Source of the DNA: Candidatus Brocadia sp.
Lineage (GTDB): Bacteria > Planctomycetota > Brocadiia > Brocadiales > Brocadiaceae
Length of the DNA: 32,000 nt
Reading direction: 5' to 3'
Assembly: GCA_021650915.1 (NCBI GenBank)
Contig: CP091279.1
Coordinates: 3,960,001 to 3,992,000 of the forward strand
The position numbers and the translations under genes were made by a program. Each line of letters starts with the position of its first letter. Position 1 is the stretch's first letter. Below the pieces are notes generated by a model. It was not told the origin of the DNA and did no database searches. It was given only the letters and a program-made list of their open reading frames with translations. This document shows, piece by piece, positions 9,488 to 17,503 of this stretch.

Positions 9488-9604
9488 TCATCGTCACCCC
9501 TAAAAAGTTAATAATTATTTAATCTTGCGCAGTATACCAGATCAGGTCTTCAGCAGCTTTTCAGATTCTGGCGCAACATTTATGAAATTGAATACCATAA
9601 TCTC

Positions 9605-9994
9605 TTACTCGCCCTTTTTAATCGTGCGAGAGCAGACATCTGTTGCGTATTTCCACTTCACATGGTCACCCTCTTTCAGTATGCATTTATTTGCAAAGGA
9701 CGTCGCATGTTTACCATTAATATCGTAGTACCAAACCTTATCTCCAACTCGTCCTACTACGTTATCAATTGATGTCACGAGAAAATATTCCTCCTTGTAT
9801 TCTGATTCGACCTTTGCAACAGCCTGGAGCGCCTCCAGGGCAGTAATACCCCGTTTCCATTGTATCTCTACTTTACGGTTCTGGTGTAATCCACCATAAT
9901 CAACTTCTACGGTTACCTTTTGACTGGCACAAAATGCAATTGGTAAAAAAACGAAAAAGACAAATATTCCTGTTATCCAATTTAATCGCTTCAT
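9605..9994 (-). CDS. Secreted DUF4430-like protein (transcobalamin/intrinsic-factor beta-domain-like; candidate corrinoid binder)
   Basis: 129-aa ORF with a signal peptide (MKRLNWITGIFVFFVFLPIAFCAS). The body fits the DUF4430 pattern as I recall it (V.V.VDYG...G.TALEALQ...V.SI....G....W.Y..NG......A....LKEGD.V.W.Y). A strong SD (AAAGGAGG) is present, and the gene starts 15 nt after the receptor stop. Confidence 0.65.
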   Translation of the reverse strand: MKRLNWITGIFVFFVFLPIAFCASQKVTVEVDYGGLHQNRKVEIQWKRGITALEALQAVAKVESEYKEEYFLVTSIDNVVGRVGDKVWYYDINGKHATSFANKCILKEGDHVKWKYATDVCSRTIKKGE

Positions 9995-10009
9995 TTTTTT
10001 CTTCCTCCT

Positions 10010-12388
10010 TTAAAATTTAAATTCAAATCCTCCATACGCTGTAAAACCAAGCGAACTAAAACCGGTTACTTCTTCGTAATGATAATCAAAAAGGTTTTCA
10101 AGCCTGATATATCCGGTCATCATCTTTGTAATGTCGTAACTTGTTGACACATTCGCTGTCCAGTAATTATCCATTTCTGTCCCATCACTATCGATTCTGT
10201 CTCTGACCATAACACCAACCACATTAACATTCCACTTCTCCATCGGCCGGGTATTAACCCCAAGTGTCGCCCGGTTTCTCGGTCTGCGCGGTAGTTGTTG
10301 ACCCTTTTCTCTGTCTTCCGTCTTTGTATACGTGTAGGTGCCGGTAAGAGAAAGTTTGGGAAATGGTTTATAGGTGAGCGATGTCTCAATTCCCTCAGAT
10401 TCTGCCCTTGCTACATTTTCTGCCAAGAAACTACCGTCAGGTTGAATTGCAGCAGTAATCAAATCCGTGAAATCGTTCTCAAAGTAGGTAACGTCCAGAG
10501 TTAACGTATCTTTAAGAATCTCCTTCTCAACACCAAAATCCCAACCCTTACTCTTTTCGGGACCGAGGTTCGGATTGCCATAGAAAGGGAAAAAGAGTTC
10601 ATTGATACTTGGAGCGCGAAAACCGGTTCCCCACGACCCATGGAATCTGGTATCAATCTCATCTATATTGTAAGACACCGTCGTTCTGTAAGTGAGATTA
10701 TTCCCAAATGTGCTGTAATCATCATACCGTAACCCGGCCGTCCAGTTTAACGAATCAAATAATTTTATCTGGTTTTGCAAAAAAACTGAATTATTCCAAA
10801 AGGTTTTTTTGTCGAATACGCCGTCATTCTCACCCTCCCGTGCTTCGTATTCATAGCCTACGGTTAATGTATCAATGTCAAGGAGGGCAAAGTCAGATTG
10901 GTGTTCAAACCTCCAAACCCTTGTAGGAATGCGGAATTCTCCTGATGCATCCGTTGGATCAAATCCTTTCAGCTCTGTATCATTAACGGACACAAGGACT
11001 GATGGCGTCCAGAAATCAAAAAAGGTCTTGTTAACCCTTGTAGAAAAAAGGACTTCATCCGTCGTTTGGCGCCGGTCAGGGTCGTCTACAGGACCGACGC
11101 CGTAGAGATACGCATCAGTTTCGAAATCAGAGTGTGACCCTCTTACGGTAGTATCAATCCGTCCATCGTCCATAAAATTCCATCCCAGACGCGCTGAGCC
11201 GGTGAAATTCTCACAGGCATCATTTTCGTCTCCACTATGGGCGGCAGATATCCCATGGGTTTTCAGATAAGAACCTCCGACCGAATAATCGAACCTTTCT
11301 TTGCCACCGGAAACACTAACGCTCTCCCGGTAGGTATCACGCATTCCGTACTCCGTCCCCAAGGTAACTTTATTTTCTCCCTGCCCCTTTTTTGTAAAAA
11401 TAGAGACAACGCCGCCCATCGCATCCGAACCATACAATGTACTCTGCGGACCGCGCAAGATCTCGACCCTCTCAATGTTATCCGTTGTAAGATTTGCAAA
11501 ATCAAACGCCCCTGTTGTCGTACTATTCATCTGTACGCCGTCAACAAATACAAGGGTTTGGGCAGAAGATGCGCCTCTGATAAACATACTTGTCGTCCCG
11601 CCTATTCCCTGAGTTCTGGTAACCTCAAGCCCCGGCGCCTGGCGCAAAACATCAAGAAGAAGGGGCGCCTTGCCATTTTTAATATCTTTTTCTGTAATAA
11701 CCGTTACAGAACTACCGGTATTCCTTAATAATTGCTTTGTCCTCGTGGGAGTAACAACCGTCTCTTCGTTATCACGGAACATGTTTTCTTCCTTCTTTTC
11801 TTCAGTTTTATTTTCCTCCTTCTTTTCACTCATCTCCTTACTTTCGGCATCATTTTTACTCCCACTTTGATTTTGTTCTTCATTCTCATTTGTGTTTTTA
11901 TTCTTATCGTTGATTTTTTTATCCGTCGCTGCCTCTCCCTTCATTTTATTATTCTCGCCCCCATTTTGATCTTTATTCTCAATTTGTTTCTCCCCGTCCC
12001 CTCTTATAGCAGACCGATCAAACTCCTCTTTAAATATAAGCCTTCTTGATGATGACCTCAAATCATATTCGGGATCATTTATTTTCGGTATCTTAGAGGA
12101 CTGTTCTGTACCACGGTACTGTTCGGGCAAATAATCTCCTTCCTGGTTATTTTCCGTTTTGTCCGTACCCTCTTTTTTGATGGAGATAACCAAAGGTGGA
12201 GTCATCTGGTTATCACCTGGCGTATTTTGATTTTCTCTGATTTGTCTTTTCAACTCCATCAGTTTTCTCTTTAAATCCTCATTTTCCTGAATAAGCGATT
12301 CCATCGTTTTTTCGTCTGCAAAGCAATAAGAGTTTGATAATGATAAACTGAGTGATACAAAAATTATCTGCAAATAACAGCCCTTCAT
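10010..12388 (-). CDS. btuB: TonB-dependent receptor, BtuB-like core, with ~184-aa K/E/N-rich N-terminal extension
   Basis: The ORF-track start (12460) would overlap the riboswitch B12 box. I prefer the ATG at 12388 (MKGCYLQIIFVSLSLSLSNSYCFA, a signal peptide), which sits where the twin leader at 3436 places its start. A TonB-box-like/plug region is present (EETVVTPTRTKQ...VTVITEKDI...FIRGASSAQTLVFVDGVQMN...RVEILRGPQSTLYGSDAMGGVVSIFTKKG). The barrel is about 585 aa (BtuB-sized) and ends ...GGFEFKF. The btuB symbol is inferred from riboswitch control and size. Confidence 0.8.
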   Translation of the reverse strand: MKGCYLQIIFVSLSLSLSNSYCFADEKTMESLIQENEDLKRKLMELKRQIRENQNTPGDNQMTPPLVISIKKEGTDKTENNQEGDYLPEQYRGTEQSSKIPKINDPEYDLRSSSRRLIFKEEFDRSAIRGDGEKQIENKDQNGGENNKMKGEAATDKKINDKNKNTNENEEQNQSGSKNDAESKEMSEKKEENKTEEKKEENMFRDNEETVVTPTRTKQLLRNTGSSVTVITEKDIKNGKAPLLLDVLRQAPGLEVTRTQGIGGTTSMFIRGASSAQTLVFVDGVQMNSTTTGAFDFANLTTDNIERVEILRGPQSTLYGSDAMGGVVSIFTKKGQGENKVTLGTEYGMRDTYRESVSVSGGKERFDYSVGGSYLKTHGISAAHSGDENDACENFTGSARLGWNFMDDGRIDTTVRGSHSDFETDAYLYGVGPVDDPDRRQTTDEVLFSTRVNKTFFDFWTPSVLVSVNDTELKGFDPTDASGEFRIPTRVWRFEHQSDFALLDIDTLTVGYEYEAREGENDGVFDKKTFWNNSVFLQNQIKLFDSLNWTAGLRYDDYSTFGNNLTYRTTVSYNIDEIDTRFHGSWGTGFRAPSINELFFPFYGNPNLGPEKSKGWDFGVEKEILKDTLTLDVTYFENDFTDLITAAIQPDGSFLAENVARAESEGIETSLTYKPFPKLSLTGTYTYTKTEDREKGQQLPRRPRNRATLGVNTRPMEKWNVNVVGVMVRDRIDSDGTEMDNYWTANVSTSYDITKMMTGYIRLENLFDYHYEEVTGFSSLGFTAYGGFEFKF

Positions 12389-12429
12389 CCATCCCTTCTC
12401 CCCTCGGAAATAAGAATTAATAAATGTGT

Positions 12430-12730
12430 GCTCAAACAGGTCTCCTGGCTGCCGGGTCATCCTACGTTCTGCGCCTTCCCATCCCTTGAGATCGTCTCAC
12501 CGCAAAGACGCAGAGGTCGCAAAGAAAAACAGAAGATTAGGAAATAAAGAGGCCTTGTTATTGCATTCCCATCTTCCAGGTTTCTTACCTCGTCCTCGTC
12601 CTTTTCCTTTGCGCTCTTTGCGCCTCTGCGGTGATCTCTTTCCCAATCACGACAGTGGCATAGTGCAGAGCTCGTCACCGGTTACAGTTGCGGGGCAGCT
12701 CCCGTTTTTACGGGATTCCCTGAATATTTG
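12430..12730 (-). promoter_or_regulatory. Cobalamin riboswitch (long variant), near-identical twin of 3474-3775
   Basis: It has the same core, B12 box (GGCAGCCAGGAGACCTG) and inserted helix as copy 1. By eye I see only three substitutions over about 300 nt. It is followed by the receptor RBS and start. Confidence 0.85.
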
Positions 12731-12760
12731 AACTATGATAAACCTGAGATTATTACGCAA

Positions 12761-12793
12761 GGCACGGATAAACAAAGTTTATCCGTGCCACCC
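12761..12793. repeat. Palindromic intergenic element, copy 2 (GGCACGGATAAAC-AAA-GTTTATCCGTGCC + ACCC)
   Basis: A perfect 13-bp inverted repeat lies between the two tandem riboswitches. The stem differs from copies 1 and 3 by paired (compensatory) changes. Confidence 0.8.
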
Positions 12794-12820
12794 TTTTGCG
12801 AGTAAAATTTCTCTATGATT

Positions 12821-12866
12821 AAATAAAAAAGCCCGTTCCTTCGCATTGAGAAGAAACGGGCTTTTA
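12821..12866 (-). terminator. Intrinsic terminator (expression platform of the upstream riboswitch)
   Basis: The minus strand reads AAAAGCCCGTT-tcttctcaatgcgaagg-AACGGGCTTTT followed by TTATTTAAT. This is a GC-containing stem plus a U-run, about 55 nt 3' of the B12 box of the 12921-13135 riboswitch. Confidence 0.7.
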
Positions 12867-12920
12867 CAAGATGGACATCACGCTTCACCTCCTTTACGAC
12901 GAAGAAGTTTTCAGCCAAAC

Positions 12921-13135
12921 ACTACAGGCAGGTCTTCTGACTACGGATCATCCTACTGATTGCACCTTCCCGAAAGGCCGTTTAAGAGGCCTTTCAGTGG
13001 TTCTTGCAACGTTCGTCACCGATTACAGCGGCGGTACCGTTCCCTTTTCTCCGAATTTCTGACACAAAGAACTACGCATGAATAGTTATCAGAAATTCGT
13101 TGGAGTGGGGATTCCCTTTGAGCCCCGATAAATAC
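12921..13135 (-). promoter_or_regulatory. Cobalamin riboswitch (short variant), first of a tandem pair
   Basis: The minus strand reads CAAAGGGAATCCCC ... GGGAACGGTACCGCCGCTGTAATCGGTGACGAA ... CCACTGAAAGGCC...GGCCTTTCGGGAAGGTGCAA ... GTAGTCAGAAGACCTGCCTG (B12 box). It is a paralogue of the cbiM leader riboswitch, not of the adjacent long variant. Confidence 0.8.
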
Positions 13136-13199
13136 CGGAGCGCCTGTATGTGGAATTTTCCTTATATTATTTTGTCTTTACATAACGTATCCTTTCCAT

Positions 13200-16121
13200 T
13201 CAAAAAAGCGTGCCTTCAACACGTTGTTTTGTAAGTTTAGAGTATTCCAATATCTCCCCTACAGAAGCCCCTTTTGACTGCATGCTATAGAACGTATTTT
13301 CACCTACAAGGGCGTAAGACCAATTACCGTCATCCCGATCATCCGGTTTTAATTCATTTATCTTCTTTAACCAGTCCAGCGCCGACTGTTTCTTCAGGAG
13401 AACATTTTCATCCTTAATATCCTTCTGTGCCTTTGTTTCCACAAGATAGATATGCTTTGGAGTTTTTATAATAAAATCAGGATAATAAGACGACAGAATA
13501 CCATCGCTCCTGATGTAGTTCAGATGCGCAAAATCATGATACATTTCACTAATCTTAAGAAATGCCTTAACCGCACCGTCATGGTCACAAGCCAGCATGA
13601 AATTCTTTTCCAATGCACCTTTATTAGATGGATACGGAAGCCTTTCGTAGATTGTCTTTACCATATCAAGAGAAAAATTCTCCCGCATTTTTAATTGTTC
13701 TACCTGTGAAAAGTATTGCTTTATTACAATGGCATCCTGCACATCAACGGTATTCTGCATCTCATATAATACCTTGCTAAGTTCCTTTATGATGTGCTCA
13801 GTAATACCGGTTTGTGACAGCAAAAGCACGCGCCAGTTATTGTCTTCCAGAGGATTGAATTCCTGATTAAAGAGATTGTGCCTTACAAAGTCATCAATTA
13901 ACTGTACCAGACTAGCTTGATTAATCTGCATAGCGGGATAGTCCTTTGTCCTACGCTGGGTAATCTTGACAACGGTGCTTGTGATTATCTTTACCAACTT
14001 TGATAAAAACTCATTGTAGCTTTTCGCAGTGAAAAGCTCCGCCGTAACCTTGTAGTCGCCAAACCTTGTCTTTACGGTCATTTCTTCTGAATAGAACGTT
14101 TCTCCTTTTTCACACACCATCAGTTTAAGCTGGTCGAGATTGTACCACTGCATAATTTTTAGATTGTCCAGAGAAGGCATTACGTCTTTTAAAAATTCCT
14201 CTCTTTCCTGTATTATTACAGGCCAGTACAGGTCGTAATCTTTATAATTCTGTTTGAGTCCGACCTTGATAATATCCCCTAAAATACCTTCTCTATCCCT
14301 GGGTAATTCAGTTATTTCGCCAACAAGCCCTTCTTTTATAAGGTCATCGTAAAATTCAATAAATGCCGGGTGTTCTACAATGCTTAATATATCCAAATAG
14401 TTTGATGGCGCTTCCTTCCTTTTAAGGAGCCTTGTTCTGTTTTCTTCCTTTGCGTCCTGAAACTCGGGCTCTCTCCACATTAACCGCAAACCTCTTCCAA
14501 GTATCTGCTCCAGGAGTATCGGCGCCTGTGTTGAGCGTAATGGCACGATAACACAGATATTATTCACATCGAACCCTTCGCGGAGCATGAGCACCGAAAC
14601 GATAACCTTTGGTTTTTCGTGTTTGTCAACATTAAACAGTCTTTGTTTAATCGTGTCCCATTCCTTTGCGGGAATGCTCCCTTTCTTATCAGAGTCTATC
14701 TGGACAACGTCTTCTTCACCAAGACCTTCGGCCTGTGTTAAAAACCCGGTAACATAAGGAGAAACCGCTGTGTCCTCACATATAACAAGCATCTTTGGAT
14801 GTTTATCCGTAATGCCATTTTTATCTTGCGTCAAATCCGTAAATTCCTTTTCAAGTATTTTCAGTTTTGTCAGACCAGCGCGGAGCATCAATTTCTGTCC
14901 CTCTGACAGCCCTATTACTTTATTGCCATCCCTCATTGCCCTGAAATCAAGCTCCATCGTGGCAATTTCCTTGCGTCTGTCTAATGTAATCGTTTTGACA
15001 AGCCCTCCGTGAATTGCGTTCCTCAAATCGAAATCGACAACAATATGTGGGAAATAATGCTTTGTCCTGCGCTGCCCGCTTCCCGCCACATCATAAGGAG
15101 TTGCAGAAAAATCAATTTGGATAAACTTCTTTCCCTTGTTTTCAGAAATTTTATTCAACGACTTCTGCCATTCCACCTCTGAGACAATCCCCGCCCGTTT
15201 TGTTTCGTGTATGTGGTGCGCCTCATCATTAAAAACAACGATGCTTTCTAACTTTGCCAGATACTCAATCTCACCGCCGCTTAAATATTTGTTGTCCAGG
15301 GTATTTAAATCATGCCCGGCAGAAGTGCCTGGCGTCACCGGGAATATTTCTTTTACCGCTACCGATGGGTCTTCAAGTGGCGAGGGGTTGCTATCAACCT
15401 CTTCTTCCTCCCCCGCAAGCAAATGCCAGTTGGTTATAGCAATTAACCCGGAGCCGGTTACTTTACGTCCAATTTCTTCCTTCCTGACAACGCAGGTCTG
15501 GATGAATCCATAGACTTCATCCCTGTATGCAGGCGGGATAAACAGCTTCTCATATTGTTTAAAATCTGAAGCCTCAAAGTCGCGAATTCCATCTTCCCTT
15601 TGCTTTCCAAGGTAGGCGTCCAGCAATCTTTCATATACGATAAGACCCGGGGCGACAAGCAGAAAGTTTGTGGAATAGCATCCGCTTGGCTTCTCCTCGT
15701 GCCTCGCATTCAAGTACTGCCAGATAAGCAGGGCGTTCATTACCCACGTCTTGCCCGTGCCAGTCGCCATCTTCATGCAATATTTGGGATGACTGAATTT
15801 GTCTTTTCGCAGGTAACTCAAGTCCATCTCTGCCAGGATTTCATTACTTATCATTGAATACAAATCAAACACAGACTCCGGCCTTAGTATTTCATGCGCA
15901 TAAATCGTATTTAAAATCGCCTGCCGTTGTCCGTCGTGAAAATTAACGTGACGGGTTTCCGTGAAGGCATCAGAGAACCAGAATCGCAGTAAATCCTGGG
16001 TAATGGGGGTTGCTTTCGCAAGAAATTCACCGCTATCCCACACACGATGAACAATCCCTGTTATTTCCCTGGCAAATTTTAAGGGAATTTCCCTGGTTCC
16101 TGTGTTTAACGATATGGACAT
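13200..16121 (-). CDS. res: Type III restriction enzyme, Res subunit (SF2 helicase + C-terminal PD-(D/E)xK nuclease)
   Basis: 973-aa ORF with helicase motif I (MATGTGKTWVM), motif II (VVFNDEAHHI), motif III-like (DFSATPY) and motif VI-like (QILGRGLRL). A C-terminal nuclease-like motif is present (YYPDFIIKT...YLVETKAQKD). A Mod gene lies on the same strand upstream. Confidence 0.85.
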   Translation of the reverse strand: MSISLNTGTREIPLKFAREITGIVHRVWDSGEFLAKATPITQDLLRFWFSDAFTETRHVNFHDGQRQAILNTIYAHEILRPESVFDLYSMISNEILAEMDLSYLRKDKFSHPKYCMKMATGTGKTWVMNALLIWQYLNARHEEKPSGCYSTNFLLVAPGLIVYERLLDAYLGKQREDGIRDFEASDFKQYEKLFIPPAYRDEVYGFIQTCVVRKEEIGRKVTGSGLIAITNWHLLAGEEEEVDSNPSPLEDPSVAVKEIFPVTPGTSAGHDLNTLDNKYLSGGEIEYLAKLESIVVFNDEAHHIHETKRAGIVSEVEWQKSLNKISENKGKKFIQIDFSATPYDVAGSGQRRTKHYFPHIVVDFDLRNAIHGGLVKTITLDRRKEIATMELDFRAMRDGNKVIGLSEGQKLMLRAGLTKLKILEKEFTDLTQDKNGITDKHPKMLVICEDTAVSPYVTGFLTQAEGLGEEDVVQIDSDKKGSIPAKEWDTIKQRLFNVDKHEKPKVIVSVLMLREGFDVNNICVIVPLRSTQAPILLEQILGRGLRLMWREPEFQDAKEENRTRLLKRKEAPSNYLDILSIVEHPAFIEFYDDLIKEGLVGEITELPRDREGILGDIIKVGLKQNYKDYDLYWPVIIQEREEFLKDVMPSLDNLKIMQWYNLDQLKLMVCEKGETFYSEEMTVKTRFGDYKVTAELFTAKSYNEFLSKLVKIITSTVVKITQRRTKDYPAMQINQASLVQLIDDFVRHNLFNQEFNPLEDNNWRVLLLSQTGITEHIIKELSKVLYEMQNTVDVQDAIVIKQYFSQVEQLKMRENFSLDMVKTIYERLPYPSNKGALEKNFMLACDHDGAVKAFLKISEMYHDFAHLNYIRSDGILSSYYPDFIIKTPKHIYLVETKAQKDIKDENVLLKKQSALDWLKKINELKPDDRDDGNWSYALVGENTFYSMQSKGASVGEILEYSKLTKQRVEGTLF

Positions 16122-16210
16122 TATAGTGTTACTCTATAAAAACTTCTTTTTCTGTAAGGTTTTCTTTGTGATCTTTGTAGTTGAACTTTTTTGGTTGCGG
16201 CTGTGCTGCG
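16122..16210. repeat. Miniature derivative of the 21731-22192 repeat family, filling the whole res/AlbA_2 intergenic spacer
   Basis: 16122-16165 (TATAGTGTTACTCTATAAAAACTTCTTTTTCTGTAAGGTTTTC) matches the 5' end of the ~230-bp unit. 16191-16210 (TTGGTTGCGGCTGTGCTGCG) matches its 3' end. The interior hairpin is absent. The element abuts the res ATG on one side and the upstream gene's stop on the other. Confidence 0.7.
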
Positions 16211-17401
16211 TTAGGCAATTTTTCCTCGTTTGTACATTGTTACCACGACCTCATGTTCACCTTCTTTTATACCAAGCGCTGGATTCCCATTTTCCTTTAG
16301 CCAGCGGTTGGATTTTGGAATGCCTTGTCCTGCCCGTTCAACCATATTTGCATCAAAAAAATACTGTGCCAATACCGGGTTTCTGTGATACTTGATGCCG
16401 ACCTTCATCTTTTCTACTGTTATGGTATTGGGAAGCCCGCCCGGGCTTTTGATTTCTATTCTGTCATCATATATCCAGACGGTAATACCCGTCCCGGCTA
16501 TCGTGTAATCCCTGTGAATAATGGCATTTGCCAGGATTTCCCGAAAAGCCTTTTCAGGGTAATCGTAAAAATCAATCCGTTTCACCCCTTCAATTACAAA
16601 GGATTGCCTGTTGTAAAGATAAAAAAAGCTGACGGCGTCTTTAAAATTGTCAAATACGTTTCTCTCAAAAAATTTCAGGTTTTCTTTCTCATCGGTGATA
16701 TGTGTCCCGGAAACCTTTACACACATGATTTCTGCCTGCGGCAAATATTTTGTAACGCGATCTTTTCCAAAAAGCAGGAGGCCGGCAATTGTCGGACGGT
16801 ATTGGTTGTCAGCAAAAGTAATCAGTTCAAGACTCTGAAACAGATTCAGCTTGTTTTCTTCAGTCAGTTCAATACCACTTCTGTTATTTTTCAGATATTC
16901 CTTTATCTCATACTCATCCAATGTTTCCGGTTTTGCATAAGAGGCGGGGATAATTTCATAGTGAATATTTTGGGATGCCTGAAAGAGCCTCTGAAGTTCA
17001 TCCCTGTGCTTTACCTCCCTTGTCGTACTGCCGTATCTCATATAGTAGCGGTTTGTCTTTGCAGCTTTATCCTCCATGTAATATGGCTTATTGCAGCCGT
17101 TATCAATTTCAACTACTCCGATGCGTTTACCCTCAATACTCATTTCATAATATGCTGGATTTATTACCGGTTTTATCAAATCAGAACATATATTTACCAT
17201 GCGCTCTTCATTATCATTCCGTGCAATTCCTGAAACCTTCCCGGCATCATCAACGCCCAGAAGGAGGTAGCCGCCTCTATGGTTGGACAATGCGATAATC
17301 TCCTTTGCAAGCTTTTTATTATCAACGGTGTCCTCTTTAAACTCTACATAAGAGTTTTCACCGCCAGCTATCAACTTCAGCACCTCCTGTTCATGAAGCA
17401 T
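16211..17401 (-). CDS. AlbA_2 (Schlafen-like 'divergent AAA') + HATPase_c_4 domain protein, often annotated as RecG-like or putative transcriptional regulator
   Basis: The start is set at the ATG preceded by GGAGGTGAGATA; the track's TTG at 17419 is less likely. The N-terminal region has the AlbA_2 pattern (GENSYVEFKED...LAKEIIALSNHRGGYLLLGVDDAGKVSGI). The C-terminal region has the HATPase_c_4 pattern (FREILANAIIHRDYTIAGTGITVWIYDDRIEIKSPGGLP...HRNPVLAQYF). Confidence 0.75.
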   Translation of the reverse strand: MLHEQEVLKLIAGGENSYVEFKEDTVDNKKLAKEIIALSNHRGGYLLLGVDDAGKVSGIARNDNEERMVNICSDLIKPVINPAYYEMSIEGKRIGVVEIDNGCNKPYYMEDKAAKTNRYYMRYGSTTREVKHRDELQRLFQASQNIHYEIIPASYAKPETLDEYEIKEYLKNNRSGIELTEENKLNLFQSLELITFADNQYRPTIAGLLLFGKDRVTKYLPQAEIMCVKVSGTHITDEKENLKFFERNVFDNFKDAVSFFYLYNRQSFVIEGVKRIDFYDYPEKAFREILANAIIHRDYTIAGTGITVWIYDDRIEIKSPGGLPNTITVEKMKVGIKYHRNPVLAQYFFDANMVERAGQGIPKSNRWLKENGNPALGIKEGEHEVVVTMYKRGKIA

Positions 17402-17503
17402 TATCTCACCTCCAAACAATTATCCGGCTTTTAGCTTAAGAAACCAGAAACATCAGGAATTTATCCTGGCAAACCACAAATCACATTATCGTTTTTCCTG
17501 TCC

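Noticed and set aside
9543-9557. B12-box-like string (minus strand GCTGCTGAAGACCTG) in the DUF4430/cobN spacer, raising the idea of a fifth riboswitch.
   Set aside because: Only the GAAGACCTG part matches. None of the upstream core elements (AGGGAA, CCGC.ACTGTAA, GCCACTG..GGGAAGG) is present in the 117-bp spacer.
12389-12460. Longer N-termini proposed by the ORF track for the second receptor (start 12460), mod (19728), the DUF2149 gene (4509), the AlbA_2 gene (17419), mazF (21431) and mltA (30196).
   Set aside because: The extended starts overlap riboswitch or hairpin repeats, use TTG without an SD, or precede obvious signal-peptide/lipobox or SD-ATG starts. Internal starts were preferred, with reasons given per feature.
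12733-12918. 61-aa minus-strand ORF between the tandem riboswitches.
   Set aside because: It reads straight through an intrinsic terminator hairpin and the palindromic element, and its start overlaps riboswitch sequence. There is no recognisable family signature.
16325-17233. 302-aa plus-strand ORF.
   Set aside because: It is entirely antisense to the well-supported AlbA_2/HATPase_c_4 gene. Its composition is low-complexity and Cys/Phe/Ile-rich, typical of a shadow frame.
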